The translations under genes and the position numbers were made by a program. From NCBI GenBank assembly GCA_963708025.1, contig CAVPSB010000025.1:160001-224000 (forward strand): a stretch of 64,000 bases of DNA. Direction: 5' to 3'. The notes under the pieces were generated by a model. The model saw only the letters and a list, made by a program, of their open reading frames with translations, did no database searches and was not told the origin of the DNA. Source of the stretch: an uncultured Candidatus Rokubacteria bacterium. GTDB lineage: Bacteria; Methylomirabilota; Methylomirabilia; Rokubacteriales; DASRDR01. Positions 17,827 through 27,514 of this stretch are shown here, piece after piece. Position 1 is the stretch's first letter. Each line of letters opens with the position of its first letter.

Positions 17827-19992
17827 GTGACACAAGCCCGCCCGCCTGGCCGGTCCCCCGAAGTCCTCGCGGCGCCGGCCTCCCCGAGCGCCCCCCCCGC
17901 GATCCGGGACAGCGAGGGCGGACTCGGCATGGCGCTCCAGTACCTGAAGGGCGTCGGCCCCCAGCGGGCCCGCCTCCTCGAGCGGATCGGGCTGCGCACC
18001 GTCGGTGACGCCCTGGACCGGTTCCCCCGCCGCTACGAGGACCGCCGCGAGGTGGTGCCGTTCCGGAAGCTCCGGGTCGGGGAGGCCCAGCCGACCGGTG
18101 GGACGGTCGTGGGCGTCTCGGCCCCGCCCCGCGGCCGGTCGCGCGTCCCCCTGACGGTCCTCTTCCGGGACCAGTCCGGCTTCTTCTCGGGTCTCTGGTT
18201 CAACCAGCCGTACCTGGCGCAGCTCTTCAAGCGCGGCCAGCGCGTGTTCCTCTACGGCAAGGTCGTCCCGGGCCGCGGCCGGGGCCCGCTCCAGATGCAG
18301 AACGCGGAGTTCGAGATCGTGGAGGACGACGAAGAGGCCTCCCTTCACATGGGGCGCATCGTGCCGGTCTACGGCCTCACCGAGGGGCTCACCCAGCGGC
18401 CGATGCGGAGCCTGCTCCACCGGATCGTCGAGCGTCACGCGCGGGAGGTCACCGACGCGCTGCCGGAGGCGCTGCGCCGGCACCGCGATCTCCTGCCGGC
18501 CGCCGAGGCATACCGGGCCATCCACTTCCCGGACGCGCTGGAGGCGGCCGAGGCCGCGCGCCGTCGCTTCGTCTTCGAGGACTTCCTCCTGCTCCAGGTC
18601 GGGCTCGCCATCCGGCGCCGTCGGGAGGCCGCCCGGCCCGGCCACACCATCGCGCCGCCGGGCCGGCTGGTGGCGCGCCTCCTGGAAGGCCTCCCGTTCA
18701 CGCTGACGGCCGCCCAGCGGCGCGTGTGGGAGGAGATCCGGGCGGACCTCGCGCGGCCGACGCCGATGAACCGCCTGCTGCAGGGCGACGTCGGCTCCGG
18801 GAAGACCGTCGTGGCGGTCATGGCGCTGCTGACCGCCGTCGAGGCGGGGTTCCAGGGCGTCCTCATGGCGCCGACCGAGATCCTGGCCGAGCAGCATTTC
18901 GGCACCGTGCAGCGCCTCGTCGAGCCGCTCGGCCTGCCGCTGGCGCTGCTCAGCTCCGGCCAGAAGGGCAAGGCGCGCGAGGCGGCGCTGGCCGCCGTGG
19001 CCAGCGGGGCCGCGCCGCTCGTGGTCGGCACCCATGCCCTCATCCAGGACGCGGTCCTCTTCCACCGGCTCGGCCTGGCCGTCGTCGACGAGCAGCACCG
19101 CTTCGGCGTCCTTCAGCGGGCGACGCTGCGGGCGAAGGGCCGGCACCCCGACGTGCTGGTCATGACCGCGACGCCGATCCCCCGCACGCTCGCCCTCACG
19201 CTCTACGGGGACCTCGACGTCTCCGTGCTCGACGAGCTGCCGCCGGGCCGCCAGCGCATCACCACGGCCTGGCGCTCCGAGGCCAAGCGGCGGGAGATCT
19301 ACGACTTCATCCGGAAGGAGCTGGAGCAGGGCCGCCAGGCCTACGTCGTCTATCCGCTGGTGGAGGAGACGGAAGCATCCGACCTGAAGGCGGCGACGGC
19401 GATGGCCGACCGCCTCGCCCGGGAAGTGTTCCCCGACCGCCGGGTGGGCCTGATCCACGGCCGCCTGCCCTTCGACGTCAAGGACACCGTCATGCGCGCG
19501 TTCAAGGCCGGCGAGCTCGACGTGCTGGTCGCCACCACCGTGATCGAGGTCGGCATCGACGTGGCGAACGCCAGCGTCATGCTGATCGAGCACGCCGAGC
19601 GCTTCGGCCTCGCCCAGCTCCACCAGCTCCGCGGGCGGGTCGGGCGGGGCCCCGCCCGCTCCTACTGCATCCTGCTCGCCTCGGGGCTCCTCTCGGACGA
19701 GGCGCAGCGGCGGCTCCAGGCGATGTGCGAGACGCAGGACGGCTTCCGCATCGCCGAGGCCGACCTGGAGATCCGCGGCCCGGGCGAGTTCTTCGGAACC
19801 CGCCAGGCGGGGCTGCCCGAGTTCCGGGCGGCGAACCTGCTGACCGACGCCCGCCTGCTCGAGGAGGCCCGCCAGGACGCGCTCGCCCTCGTCGAGCGCG
19901 ATCCCGGCCTGCGCCTTCCGGAGCACCACGCCCTCCGTGACGCGCTGGTCAGCCGCTGGCGCGAGAAGCTCGACCTGGCCTCGGTGGGCTAA
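17827..19992 (+). CDS. recG: ATP-dependent DNA helicase RecG (start 17827 or 17929)
   Basis: LKGVGP, PRRYEDR, LLQGDVGSGKT, DEQHRFG, MTATPIPRTL, HAERFGLAQLHQLRGRVGRG, DLEIRGPGE. Confidence 0.97.
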   Translation: MTQARPPGRSPEVLAAPASPSAPPAIRDSEGGLGMALQYLKGVGPQRARLLERIGLRTVGDALDRFPRRYEDRREVVPFRKLRVGEAQPTGGTVVGVSAPPRGRSRVPLTVLFRDQSGFFSGLWFNQPYLAQLFKRGQRVFLYGKVVPGRGRGPLQMQNAEFEIVEDDEEASLHMGRIVPVYGLTEGLTQRPMRSLLHRIVERHAREVTDALPEALRRHRDLLPAAEAYRAIHFPDALEAAEAARRRFVFEDFLLLQVGLAIRRRREAARPGHTIAPPGRLVARLLEGLPFTLTAAQRRVWEEIRADLARPTPMNRLLQGDVGSGKTVVAVMALLTAVEAGFQGVLMAPTEILAEQHFGTVQRLVEPLGLPLALLSSGQKGKAREAALAAVASGAAPLVVGTHALIQDAVLFHRLGLAVVDEQHRFGVLQRATLRAKGRHPDVLVMTATPIPRTLALTLYGDLDVSVLDELPPGRQRITTAWRSEAKRREIYDFIRKELEQGRQAYVVYPLVEETEASDLKAATAMADRLAREVFPDRRVGLIHGRLPFDVKDTVMRAFKAGELDVLVATTVIEVGIDVANASVMLIEHAERFGLAQLHQLRGRVGRGPARSYCILLASGLLSDEAQRRLQAMCETQDGFRIAEADLEIRGPGEFFGTRQAGLPEFRAANLLTDARLLEEARQDALALVERDPGLRLPEHHALRDALVSRWREKLDLASVG

Positions 19993-19993
19993 C

Positions 19994-20551
19994 ATGCGGG
20001 TCATCGGAGGCCAGGATCGGGGCCGGCGCCTGCGGTCACCCCGGGGCTCGCGGACGCGGCCGACGGCGGACCGGATGCGCGTCACGCTCTTCGACATCCT
20101 GGGGCCGGCGATCGACGGCATGCGGGTGCTCGACCTGTTCGCCGGGACCGGCGCGGTCGGGATCGAGGCGCTCTCCCGCGGCGCCGGGCGCGCGGTCTTC
20201 GTCGAGCGCGACCGCGATGCGCTGCGCGCGCTCCGCGCCAACCTGGCCGCCTTGCGCCTCGGGCGCGAGCAGGCCCGCGTGGTGGCGGGCGATGCCCTCG
20301 CCATCCTGCCGGCGCTCCCGGCCAGCGAGCTCGCCTTCGACCTGGTCTTCCTCGATCCGCCGTACGCGGGGGGACTGGCCGCCCGCGCGCTGGCCGCGCT
20401 CGCCGGGAGCCCGCTCCTGCGACCGGGGACGCGCGTCGTCGTGCAGCACTCGGCCCGGGCGCCGCTCCCGGTGCCGCCGGGACTCCGGGTGCCGCGCCCG
20501 GCGCGCGCTTTCGGCGATACCGCCTTGACTTTCCTGGAGGCGGAAGGGTAG
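19994..20551 (+). CDS. rsmD: 16S rRNA m2G966 methyltransferase
   Basis: MRVIGG, TRPTADR, LDLFAGTGAVGIEALSRGA, VFLDPPY; recG-rsmD-coaD synteny. Confidence 0.93.
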   Translation: MRVIGGQDRGRRLRSPRGSRTRPTADRMRVTLFDILGPAIDGMRVLDLFAGTGAVGIEALSRGAGRAVFVERDRDALRALRANLAALRLGREQARVVAGDALAILPALPASELAFDLVFLDPPYAGGLAARALAALAGSPLLRPGTRVVVQHSARAPLPVPPGLRVPRPARAFGDTALTFLEAEG

Positions 20552-20554
20552 ACT
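20525..20554 (+). promoter_or_regulatory. Candidate internal sigma70 promoter for coaD
   Basis: TTGACT-18 nt-TAGACT at the rsmD 3' end. Confidence 0.45.
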
Positions 20555-20641
20555 CCGGGCGGTTCGAGGCCCGCGTGGCAGATCACGAGCACCCGGAAGA
20601 CGGCCCCGTCCTCCACGTCCCCGCCTGAGAGCGCCGAAAGC

Positions 20642-21127
20642 GTGGCGACCCGCGCGGTCTATCCGGGGTCTTTCGACCCGCTCACCAACGGGCACCTGGA
20701 CCTCATCGAGCGCAGCCTCCGGATCTTCGACGAGCTGATCGTCGCCGTGGTCACCAACCCGGCCAAGACGGCGCTGTTCACCGACCCCGAGCGGGTGGAG
20801 ATGATCCGGGAGGCGACGCGCAGCCTCCGGCACATCGAGATCATGGTCTTCGAGGGGCTGCTGGTGGACTTCGTGACGAAGGTCGGCGCCCGCGCGATCA
20901 TCCGGGGGCTCCGGGCCGTCTCGGACTTCGAGTACGAGTTCCAGATGGCCCTCATGAACCGGAAGCTCCGCGAGGAGGTCGAGACGGTCTTCCTGATGCC
21001 GCACGAGGCCTACTCCTACATCTCCTCGCGCCTGATCAAGGAGGTCGCCGGGTACGGCGGCTCCGTCACCGGCCTGGTGCCGCCGGGGGTGGAGAAGCGG
21101 CTGGCCACCAAGTTCCCCCGCCGCTAG
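20642..21127 (+). CDS. coaD: Phosphopantetheine adenylyltransferase
   Basis: YPGSFDPLTNGHLD, IRGLRAVSDFEYE, ISSRLIKE. Confidence 0.97.
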   Translation: MATRAVYPGSFDPLTNGHLDLIERSLRIFDELIVAVVTNPAKTALFTDPERVEMIREATRSLRHIEIMVFEGLLVDFVTKVGARAIIRGLRAVSDFEYEFQMALMNRKLREEVETVFLMPHEAYSYISSRLIKEVAGYGGSVTGLVPPGVEKRLATKFPRR

Positions 21128-21136
21128 CGCGCGCCG

Positions 21137-21268
21137 TGCCGATACCCGTCGCATCGCGTCGTTGTTCGGCGGCCTCGGGGGGTCGTCGCCGATCCTCGGC
21201 GTACTCGGAGTACGCCTGCGGTCGGCGACTCCCTGCGTCCGTAGCGGCTGCTCGGGTCTCGGCCCGGC
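21137..21268. repeat. Family C palindromic intergenic element, copy 2
   Basis: Aligns with 12002-12123. Confidence 0.75.
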
Positions 21269-21316
21269 GCAGGGGGCGGTAATGCGACCGATGTTCGTCG
21301 GGAAGAAAGCGGTGGC

Positions 21317-22504
21317 GTGCTGAGTGAGCGTGCGCGGCGCCTGGCGCCGTCTCCCACCCTCGCCATCACCGCCCGGGCGCGCGCCCTGCGCGCGCAGGGC
21401 GTCAACGTGATCTCGTTCGGCGCCGGGGAGCCGGACTTCGACACGCCCGAGCGGGTGAAGGCGGCGGCCGTCCGGGCCATCGCCGAGGGGCAGACCAAGT
21501 ACACCGACACCCCCGGGATCCCCGAGCTGCGGGCCGCCGTGTGCGCGAAGCTCAAGCGCGACAACGGCCTGGACTACGAGCCGGCCGACGTCATCGTGTC
21601 CGTCGGCGCCAAGCACTCCCTCTACAACATCTGCTCCGTGCTGGTTGGCCCCGGCGACGAGGTGCTGATTCCCGCGCCCTACTGGGTCAGCTACACCGAG
21701 CAGGTGCGGCTCTGCGAGGGGACGCCGGTGCCGGTGCCGACCGACGAGGCCCGCGGCTTCCAGCTCGACCTCGCCGCCCTCCGCTCGGCGGTCACGCCCC
21801 GCACGAAGCTCCTGATCCTCAACACGCCCAACAACCCGACCGGCGCCGTCTTCCCGCGGGAGGACCTCCAGGCGGTGGCCACCCTCGCCCTGGAGCGCGG
21901 CTTCCGGGTGGTGGCCGACGAGTGCTACGACGCCCTCTCCTACGAGGGGCGCGTCCCGTCGATCGCGGCCCTCGGCCCCGAGATCAAGGCCCGCACCCTG
22001 GTCGTCAACACGTGCTCCAAGGCGTACGCGATGACCGGCTGGCGGATCGGCTACGCGGCGGGGCCGCGCGAGATCGTCCGCGCGATGGCCGACTTCCAGA
22101 GCCAGTGCACGTCGAACCCCGCGTCGATGGCCCAGTGGGGCGCCGTCGAGGCGCTGACCGGTCCCCAGGACGACGTGGCGAAGATGGCCGGGGAGTTCGA
22201 CCGGCGGCGGCGGGCGATCGTCGAGGGCCTGAACCGGATCCCCGGCGTCCGCTGCCGGATGCCCCAGGGCGCGTTCTACGCGTTCCCCGACGTCTCGGGG
22301 CTCTTCGGCCAGCGATGGCGTGACCGGCCGCTCGCCAGTTCGGGCGACGTCACGGCCTGCTGGCTGGACGAGGCGCGGGTCGCCGTGGTGCCCGGCGCCG
22401 ACTTCGGCTCCGACCGCCACGTCCGGCTGTCGTACGCGTGCGGCATCGAGACGATCCGCGAGGGCCTGCGCCGGATCGAGGCGGTGTGCTCCGGCCTCTT
22501 CTAG
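21317..22504 (+). CDS. PLP-dependent class I/II aminotransferase (aspartate aminotransferase-like)
   Basis: GAGEPDFDTP, PYWVSY, NTPNNPTGAV, DECY, SKAYAMTGWRIGY. Confidence 0.93.
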   Translation: MLSERARRLAPSPTLAITARARALRAQGVNVISFGAGEPDFDTPERVKAAAVRAIAEGQTKYTDTPGIPELRAAVCAKLKRDNGLDYEPADVIVSVGAKHSLYNICSVLVGPGDEVLIPAPYWVSYTEQVRLCEGTPVPVPTDEARGFQLDLAALRSAVTPRTKLLILNTPNNPTGAVFPREDLQAVATLALERGFRVVADECYDALSYEGRVPSIAALGPEIKARTLVVNTCSKAYAMTGWRIGYAAGPREIVRAMADFQSQCTSNPASMAQWGAVEALTGPQDDVAKMAGEFDRRRRAIVEGLNRIPGVRCRMPQGAFYAFPDVSGLFGQRWRDRPLASSGDVTACWLDEARVAVVPGADFGSDRHVRLSYACGIETIREGLRRIEAVCSGLF

Positions 22505-22505
22505 G

Positions 22506-23522
22506 ATGACCGACCCGAGCTGGGAAGCCGCGGTGGCCCGGGCGGCCGACGCCCGAGTGATGCTCGTGATGGGCGAGACCGATGCCGGCAAGACGAGCTT
22601 CACGACGTTCCTGGCCGGGGCCCTCCTGGAGCGGGGCGCCTCGGTGGGCGTCGTCGATGCGGACCTCGGGCAGTCCGACATCGGTCCCCCCACCACGGTG
22701 GGCCTCGGCCGCCTGCGGCTCCCGGTCGAGCGGCTCGAGGACGCGGAGGTCGTGGGGCTCTACTTCGTCGGCGCCACGTCGCCCCAGGGCCACCTGCTGC
22801 CGACCGTCGCCGGGACGCGGGCCATGGTCCAGAAGGCGCTGCGGCTCGGGTTCGACCGCGTCATCGTCGATACCTCGGGCCTCGTCCAGGGCGAGCTGGG
22901 CCGCCTGCTGAAGCAGCACAAGATCGACCTGGTCGAGCCCGACCTGGTCCTGGTCCTCCAGCGGAGCGGCGAGTGCGAGCACATCCTCCGCCCCTACGCC
23001 GCCGGCGACCGGCCGACCGTCCTGCGGCTCGCCCCCGCCGCGGCCGGCCGGCGGCGCTCGCAGGAAGAGCGCCGCCAGCACCGCGAGCGGAGCCTGCAGG
23101 CCTACCTCGCCGGCAGCCGGGCGGTCTCGCTCGACCTCGGCCGCGTGATCCTCCGCCAGCCCGCGCTCTACGTCGGCCAGCCCCTGCCGCCCCGGCAGGT
23201 GGAGGACCTGGCGGTCGTGCTCGACGACATGGTGCTGTGGGCGGAGCGGCGGGGAAACGAGCTGGTCGTGGTCACGCCCGATCCCCTCAAGGAGCCGCAG
23301 GTCCGCCAGATCCAGAAGCGCCACGAGGATCTCGGGCTCGCCAACTACTCGCTCGACGACTTCCAGGGCGTGCTGGCGGGTCTCGACGACGCCCGGCGGG
23401 AGACCCTGGGGCTGGGCGTCGTCCGGTCGATCGACTTCGCCAAGCAGACGATGGTGGTCGAGACGCCGGTGCCGGAGACGGAGATCGCCGCGGTGCGGCT
23501 CGGCCGCCACAAGCTCCGCTGA
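22506..23522 (+). CDS. Clp1/Grc3-family polynucleotide 5'-OH kinase-like protein
   Basis: Walker A GETDAGKTS, DADLGQSDIGPPTT, VIVDTSG, RSQEERRQHRE, C-terminal LGLGVVRSID. Confidence 0.8.
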   Translation: MTDPSWEAAVARAADARVMLVMGETDAGKTSFTTFLAGALLERGASVGVVDADLGQSDIGPPTTVGLGRLRLPVERLEDAEVVGLYFVGATSPQGHLLPTVAGTRAMVQKALRLGFDRVIVDTSGLVQGELGRLLKQHKIDLVEPDLVLVLQRSGECEHILRPYAAGDRPTVLRLAPAAAGRRRSQEERRQHRERSLQAYLAGSRAVSLDLGRVILRQPALYVGQPLPPRQVEDLAVVLDDMVLWAERRGNELVVVTPDPLKEPQVRQIQKRHEDLGLANYSLDDFQGVLAGLDDARRETLGLGVVRSIDFAKQTMVVETPVPETEIAAVRLGRHKLR

Positions 23523-23530
23523 CGCGGAGG

Positions 23531-26500
23531 CTACTCGACGGCGTACAGCGTGACCTGCGCCCTGTCGGCGTGGCGGGAGAGCACGGCGAGTCGATCGCCC
23601 GCGAGGGCCAGCTCGTGCGGCCGGTCGGATCCCGGCGGGAGCGGCAGCCGCCGGATCCGGGGCGCCGACAGGTCGACGAGCACCGCCTCGGTGCCGATCC
23701 AGGCCGCCAGGCGGCCGCCGGCGAGCACGGGGCCGCTGAGGGAGCCCGGGATCCAGCCGATGCAGTGCCGGTCGCCGCTCTCCGGATCGATCCGCCACAG
23801 CCAGGTGCGCGGGCCGTCCCACGACAGGCAGACGAAGCCGGTGCCGGCCGGCGTGGGGCCGAGACACTGGACGTCGAGCTCCGAGGTCAGGAGGTGCCGG
23901 CTGCCTCCCGGAGCGAGCAGCCAGACGTCCGAGCGCGGGTGGAACGCCGGTGACACGATCCACTGGACCAGCTGCGCCAGCCGCCCGAGCCGCCGGAGCG
24001 GAAGCCGCGGAGTTTCCGTGTAGCTCGCGTCCAGCGCCAGGGCGGCGCCGGGGGCGGTGATGTACAGGAGATCCTCGGGATCGACCCGGTCGGGCAGGGG
24101 CAGCCGGGTCTCCCCGACCACGTGGCCGCCGCCCGTTCCCGTGATCAGCACGAGCTCCGCAGGCTCGAAGGAGAGTGCCAGGGCCTGCCACGCGCCGGTG
24201 GCCGGGTCGATCGCGAGGTCGCGGGTGTCGATCGAGGGGAGGGGACGGCGCCAGACCGGGATCCGCGGGTCGTCCGCGTTCACCAGCTGGAGCTCCCGTC
24301 CGCCATCGGAGCCGGCCAGAGCCAGCAGGCGGTCGTCGGAGAGGAAGCGGATGGCCGCCCCCTCGATCTCGCGAGAGCCGCCGGAGAACGCCCCCACCCG
24401 GTTGGCCGGGACTCGCCTCCCGAGCGGTCCGGTCAAGCCCACGACCGTGTAGCGGGTCCCGGAGGGCGAGAGACGGAGGCGCCTCGCGCTCACGCCGAGC
24501 GGCGTCCGGCCGAGAAGCCGCAGCGAGCCCCCGGTCTCGTCGAGTCGCGCGGCGGTGCCGAGGAAAGGGTCCCGTCCGAAGCGGTCGAGGAACCAGTGGG
24601 ACCCGAGCCCCACCGGCAGGACGGCGAGGAGCGCCAGCCCCGCGGCCACCGCGCGGGCGCGGGCCCGCGGCCGGGTGGCGAGCATGGCGGCCAGGCCGAG
24701 CAGGGCCACGGTAAAGGCCGGCGGTCCCATCGCGGCCTGGTGAAGGCGCACGGCGCCGCCTCCCGCCGCCGCCGTCGCGAGCAGGGGCAGCGCGGTGACC
24801 AGGGCGATCAGCCCGAGGCCGATGCCGGCCGCCCACTCTCCGGCGCGGCTCCGCTCGCCACCCCGGATCCGTGCCAGAGCGAGGGCCAGGGCCAGCCCGC
24901 CCGTGATCGCGGCGGCCGCCGGCGATGCGCCGAGCGGCATGGCGTACCACGTCGCCCAGGGTCCGAGGAGCGCCGCCAGCGCCGCGGCGAGGGTCACCGC
25001 GCCGTAGGCGGCGAGCGGGGCCGGCCCCGGTCGGACGAGCAGCACGCTGCCGAGCACCAGCGCGGCCAGGGCATTCGACGCCCCGTACCCGAAGCAGAGG
25101 CCGAGCAGCGTCAGGGCGACGAGGAGCGCCGGGTGGTGGACGAGACCGACGGGGGCGCGCCCGAGCTGCCCGTCGACCGCGTCGAGCACCGACTGGACGG
25201 TGCCGACGTCCTCGGGACGGAGCGGCACCGACCAGGTCGCGCCGGACCGGCTGCTGCCGGTGAGGGAGGCCGAGCCGGTGATCCCGACCTGCACGCGCAG
25301 ATCGGTGAGCTCGCCGTACGGCACGGTCTCGGTCGCCGGCCGGGCGCCCAGGATCGCCGGATCGGCAGGGGTCCCGGCCGGGATCCCGCTGACGCGCTGG
25401 AGCCGGTTGGCGTGGAGGACGAGGAACCGGCCGGGCTTTCGCGAGGCGAACGCGCGGGGCAGCTCGAGCGCCGCCGCGGGCGCGCCGGCCGCGTCCCGGA
25501 TGGCCTGGAGGCGACGCGCGAGGCTCGGATGCGAGAGCGTTCGCTCGGCGGCGATGGCCCAGCGACGCGGCAGCCGGGCGAGCCGGTGGAGCTTCACGAG
25601 CGCCCGGCCCACGGCGTCCGAGTCGCCGCACAGCTCCACCGCCCGGCGGTCGCTCCAGCTCTCGTGGGCCTTGTGGGCGGCGGCCCTGAGGAAGAACGCC
25701 CCGAACACGGCCACCCCCCAGCCGAGCCCGATGAGGGACGCCGAATCGGGGAGTCTCGCCTGCAGCAGCGGAACCCCGGGAACCCCGGCGAGGATCGCCA
25801 GCCAGGTGGCCCCGCGCAACCGGGCGAGCCGCCTGCGGTCGTAGTGCTCGAGATGCGCGACCTCGTGCGCGAAGATCGCCGCGACCTCGTCGGGCTGCAA
25901 CAGCTCGAGCAGCGGGTCGGTGATCAGCACCGCGGACCCGCGGCTGGACGCGAGCGCGAAGGCGTTGGCGAGCCGGCCGCCGGGTGTCCCCGCCCGGTAG
26001 AGGAGCGGCGGGGCGATGCGCGAGCGGGCGAGGATCGCCGCGAACCGGGGCGCGAGATCGGCCCGGTCGAGCGGCGTCGCGCCCAGCAGCCACAGTAAGA
26101 CGGCCGAGTAGCGCGCCTCCCAGGCGAGCAGCAGCGCGGCGAGGCCGACGATCGCCGGCCAGCGGGCCGGCCCCTCCGCGGGCACGTAGCTCGGGGCGCA
26201 CGCGAGGAGCAGCCAGAAGCCGAGGAGTCCGAGCGCGAGCCGCACGGTGTGGGCGACGTACGCGGGAAAGCGCCACGTCTCCCCGTAGAGCGTCCGGCGC
26301 ATGGGGAACCCGCCGGCGAGGAGGGCGAGGAGCATCAGGCCGTACGCCCACAGCACCCAGGGCGTCACCAGGATGCCCTCGGCGACCATGACCACAGCCG
26401 CGACCAGCGTGAGGCGAGACCGGTGCTCGGTCAGGCGCTCCGGCAGGGCGGCGTCGTCCCCGAGGCGGACGAGCGCGCGGCCCCACCACCAGGCCAGCAG

Positions 26501-26545
26501 GCCCGGCAGCAGCGTGAGGAGTGCCGCCGTCACGCCCTGCCACAT
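23531..26545 (-). CDS. Large (~1004 aa) M48-family membrane Zn-metallopeptidase
   Basis: ANAFA, EVAAIFAHEVAH, HESWSDRRAV, LSHPSLARR; multiple hydrophobic segments. Confidence 0.85.
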   Translation of the reverse strand: MWQGVTAALLTLLPGLLAWWWGRALVRLGDDAALPERLTEHRSRLTLVAAVVMVAEGILVTPWVLWAYGLMLLALLAGGFPMRRTLYGETWRFPAYVAHTVRLALGLLGFWLLLACAPSYVPAEGPARWPAIVGLAALLLAWEARYSAVLLWLLGATPLDRADLAPRFAAILARSRIAPPLLYRAGTPGGRLANAFALASSRGSAVLITDPLLELLQPDEVAAIFAHEVAHLEHYDRRRLARLRGATWLAILAGVPGVPLLQARLPDSASLIGLGWGVAVFGAFFLRAAAHKAHESWSDRRAVELCGDSDAVGRALVKLHRLARLPRRWAIAAERTLSHPSLARRLQAIRDAAGAPAAALELPRAFASRKPGRFLVLHANRLQRVSGIPAGTPADPAILGARPATETVPYGELTDLRVQVGITGSASLTGSSRSGATWSVPLRPEDVGTVQSVLDAVDGQLGRAPVGLVHHPALLVALTLLGLCFGYGASNALAALVLGSVLLVRPGPAPLAAYGAVTLAAALAALLGPWATWYAMPLGASPAAAAITGGLALALALARIRGGERSRAGEWAAGIGLGLIALVTALPLLATAAAGGGAVRLHQAAMGPPAFTVALLGLAAMLATRPRARARAVAAGLALLAVLPVGLGSHWFLDRFGRDPFLGTAARLDETGGSLRLLGRTPLGVSARRLRLSPSGTRYTVVGLTGPLGRRVPANRVGAFSGGSREIEGAAIRFLSDDRLLALAGSDGGRELQLVNADDPRIPVWRRPLPSIDTRDLAIDPATGAWQALALSFEPAELVLITGTGGGHVVGETRLPLPDRVDPEDLLYITAPGAALALDASYTETPRLPLRRLGRLAQLVQWIVSPAFHPRSDVWLLAPGGSRHLLTSELDVQCLGPTPAGTGFVCLSWDGPRTWLWRIDPESGDRHCIGWIPGSLSGPVLAGGRLAAWIGTEAVLVDLSAPRIRRLPLPPGSDRPHELALAGDRLAVLSRHADRAQVTLYAVE

Positions 26546-26599
26546 GGTGGCCGGTAGAATCGCACGCGGGGCTTTCGTGGACTGAGTAAAATCGCGGGG

Positions 26600-27514
26600 G
26601 TGAGCAAGCTTCTGTCTCTCGCCGAGGCGGTGCGCCGGCACGTCCCGGATGGGAGCGCCGTCGCGCTGGGCACGGCGCTCGAGTGCCTGATCCCCTTCGC
26701 CGCCGCCCACGAGCTGATCCGCCAGCGCCGCCGCGACCTCACGCTGGTCGGCCCCATCTCCGACGTCTGCTTCGACCAGCTCATCGCGGCCGGCTGCGCC
26801 CGCCGGGTGGTGGCGGCCTGGGTGGGCAACGTCCAGCACGGCTCGGGGTACGGCTTCCGCCGGGCGCTGGAGCAGGGGATCCCGCACCCGCTCGAGATGG
26901 AGGACCACTCGAACTTCACCATCGCGCTGGCGCTGGAGGCCGCCGCGCTCGGCGTGCCGTACCTCCCCACCCGGACGCTCCTCGGCTCGGACGTCCTGGC
27001 CCGGAACCCGCGGCTCCTCCCGGCCGCGTGCCCGTTCACCGGCGACCCGCTCGTGCTGGTGCCCGCGCTCGCGCCCGACGTCGCCATCCTCCACGTGCAG
27101 CGGGCCGACGCCGACGGCAGCTGCCACGCCTGGGGTCCGACCGGCGTGAGCGCGGCGGCCGCCAAGGCCAGCCGGGCCGTGATCGTGGTGTGCGAGGAGC
27201 TGGTCGATCCCGAGGTGATCCGGAGCGATCCGAACCGGCTGCTGGTCCCGGGCTTCCGGGTCACCGCCGTCGTGCACCTGCCGGGCGGCGCGCATCCCTC
27301 GCCGGTCCAGGGTCATTACCACCGGGACCACGCCGTCTACGCCGACTACCACCAGCGCTCGGCCACCGCCGAGGCCGCGGAGGCGTGGCTCCGGGAGTGG
27401 GTGCTCGACCTGCCGGATCACGCGGCGTACCTCGCCAAGCTCGGGCGCGAGCGCCTGGACGGGCTCCGGCCGAAGGCGCGTCGCCTCGCGGCGCCGGTGG
27501 ACTATGGCACCTGA
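26600..27514 (+). CDS. CoA-transferase subunit A (glutaconate CoA-transferase-like)
   Basis: SKLLSLAEAV, PFAAAHELIRQ, GVPYLPTR, PDVAILHVQRAD, GAHPS. Confidence 0.88.
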   Translation: MSKLLSLAEAVRRHVPDGSAVALGTALECLIPFAAAHELIRQRRRDLTLVGPISDVCFDQLIAAGCARRVVAAWVGNVQHGSGYGFRRALEQGIPHPLEMEDHSNFTIALALEAAALGVPYLPTRTLLGSDVLARNPRLLPAACPFTGDPLVLVPALAPDVAILHVQRADADGSCHAWGPTGVSAAAAKASRAVIVVCEELVDPEVIRSDPNRLLVPGFRVTAVVHLPGGAHPSPVQGHYHRDHAVYADYHQRSATAEAAEAWLREWVLDLPDHAAYLAKLGRERLDGLRPKARRLAAPVDYGT

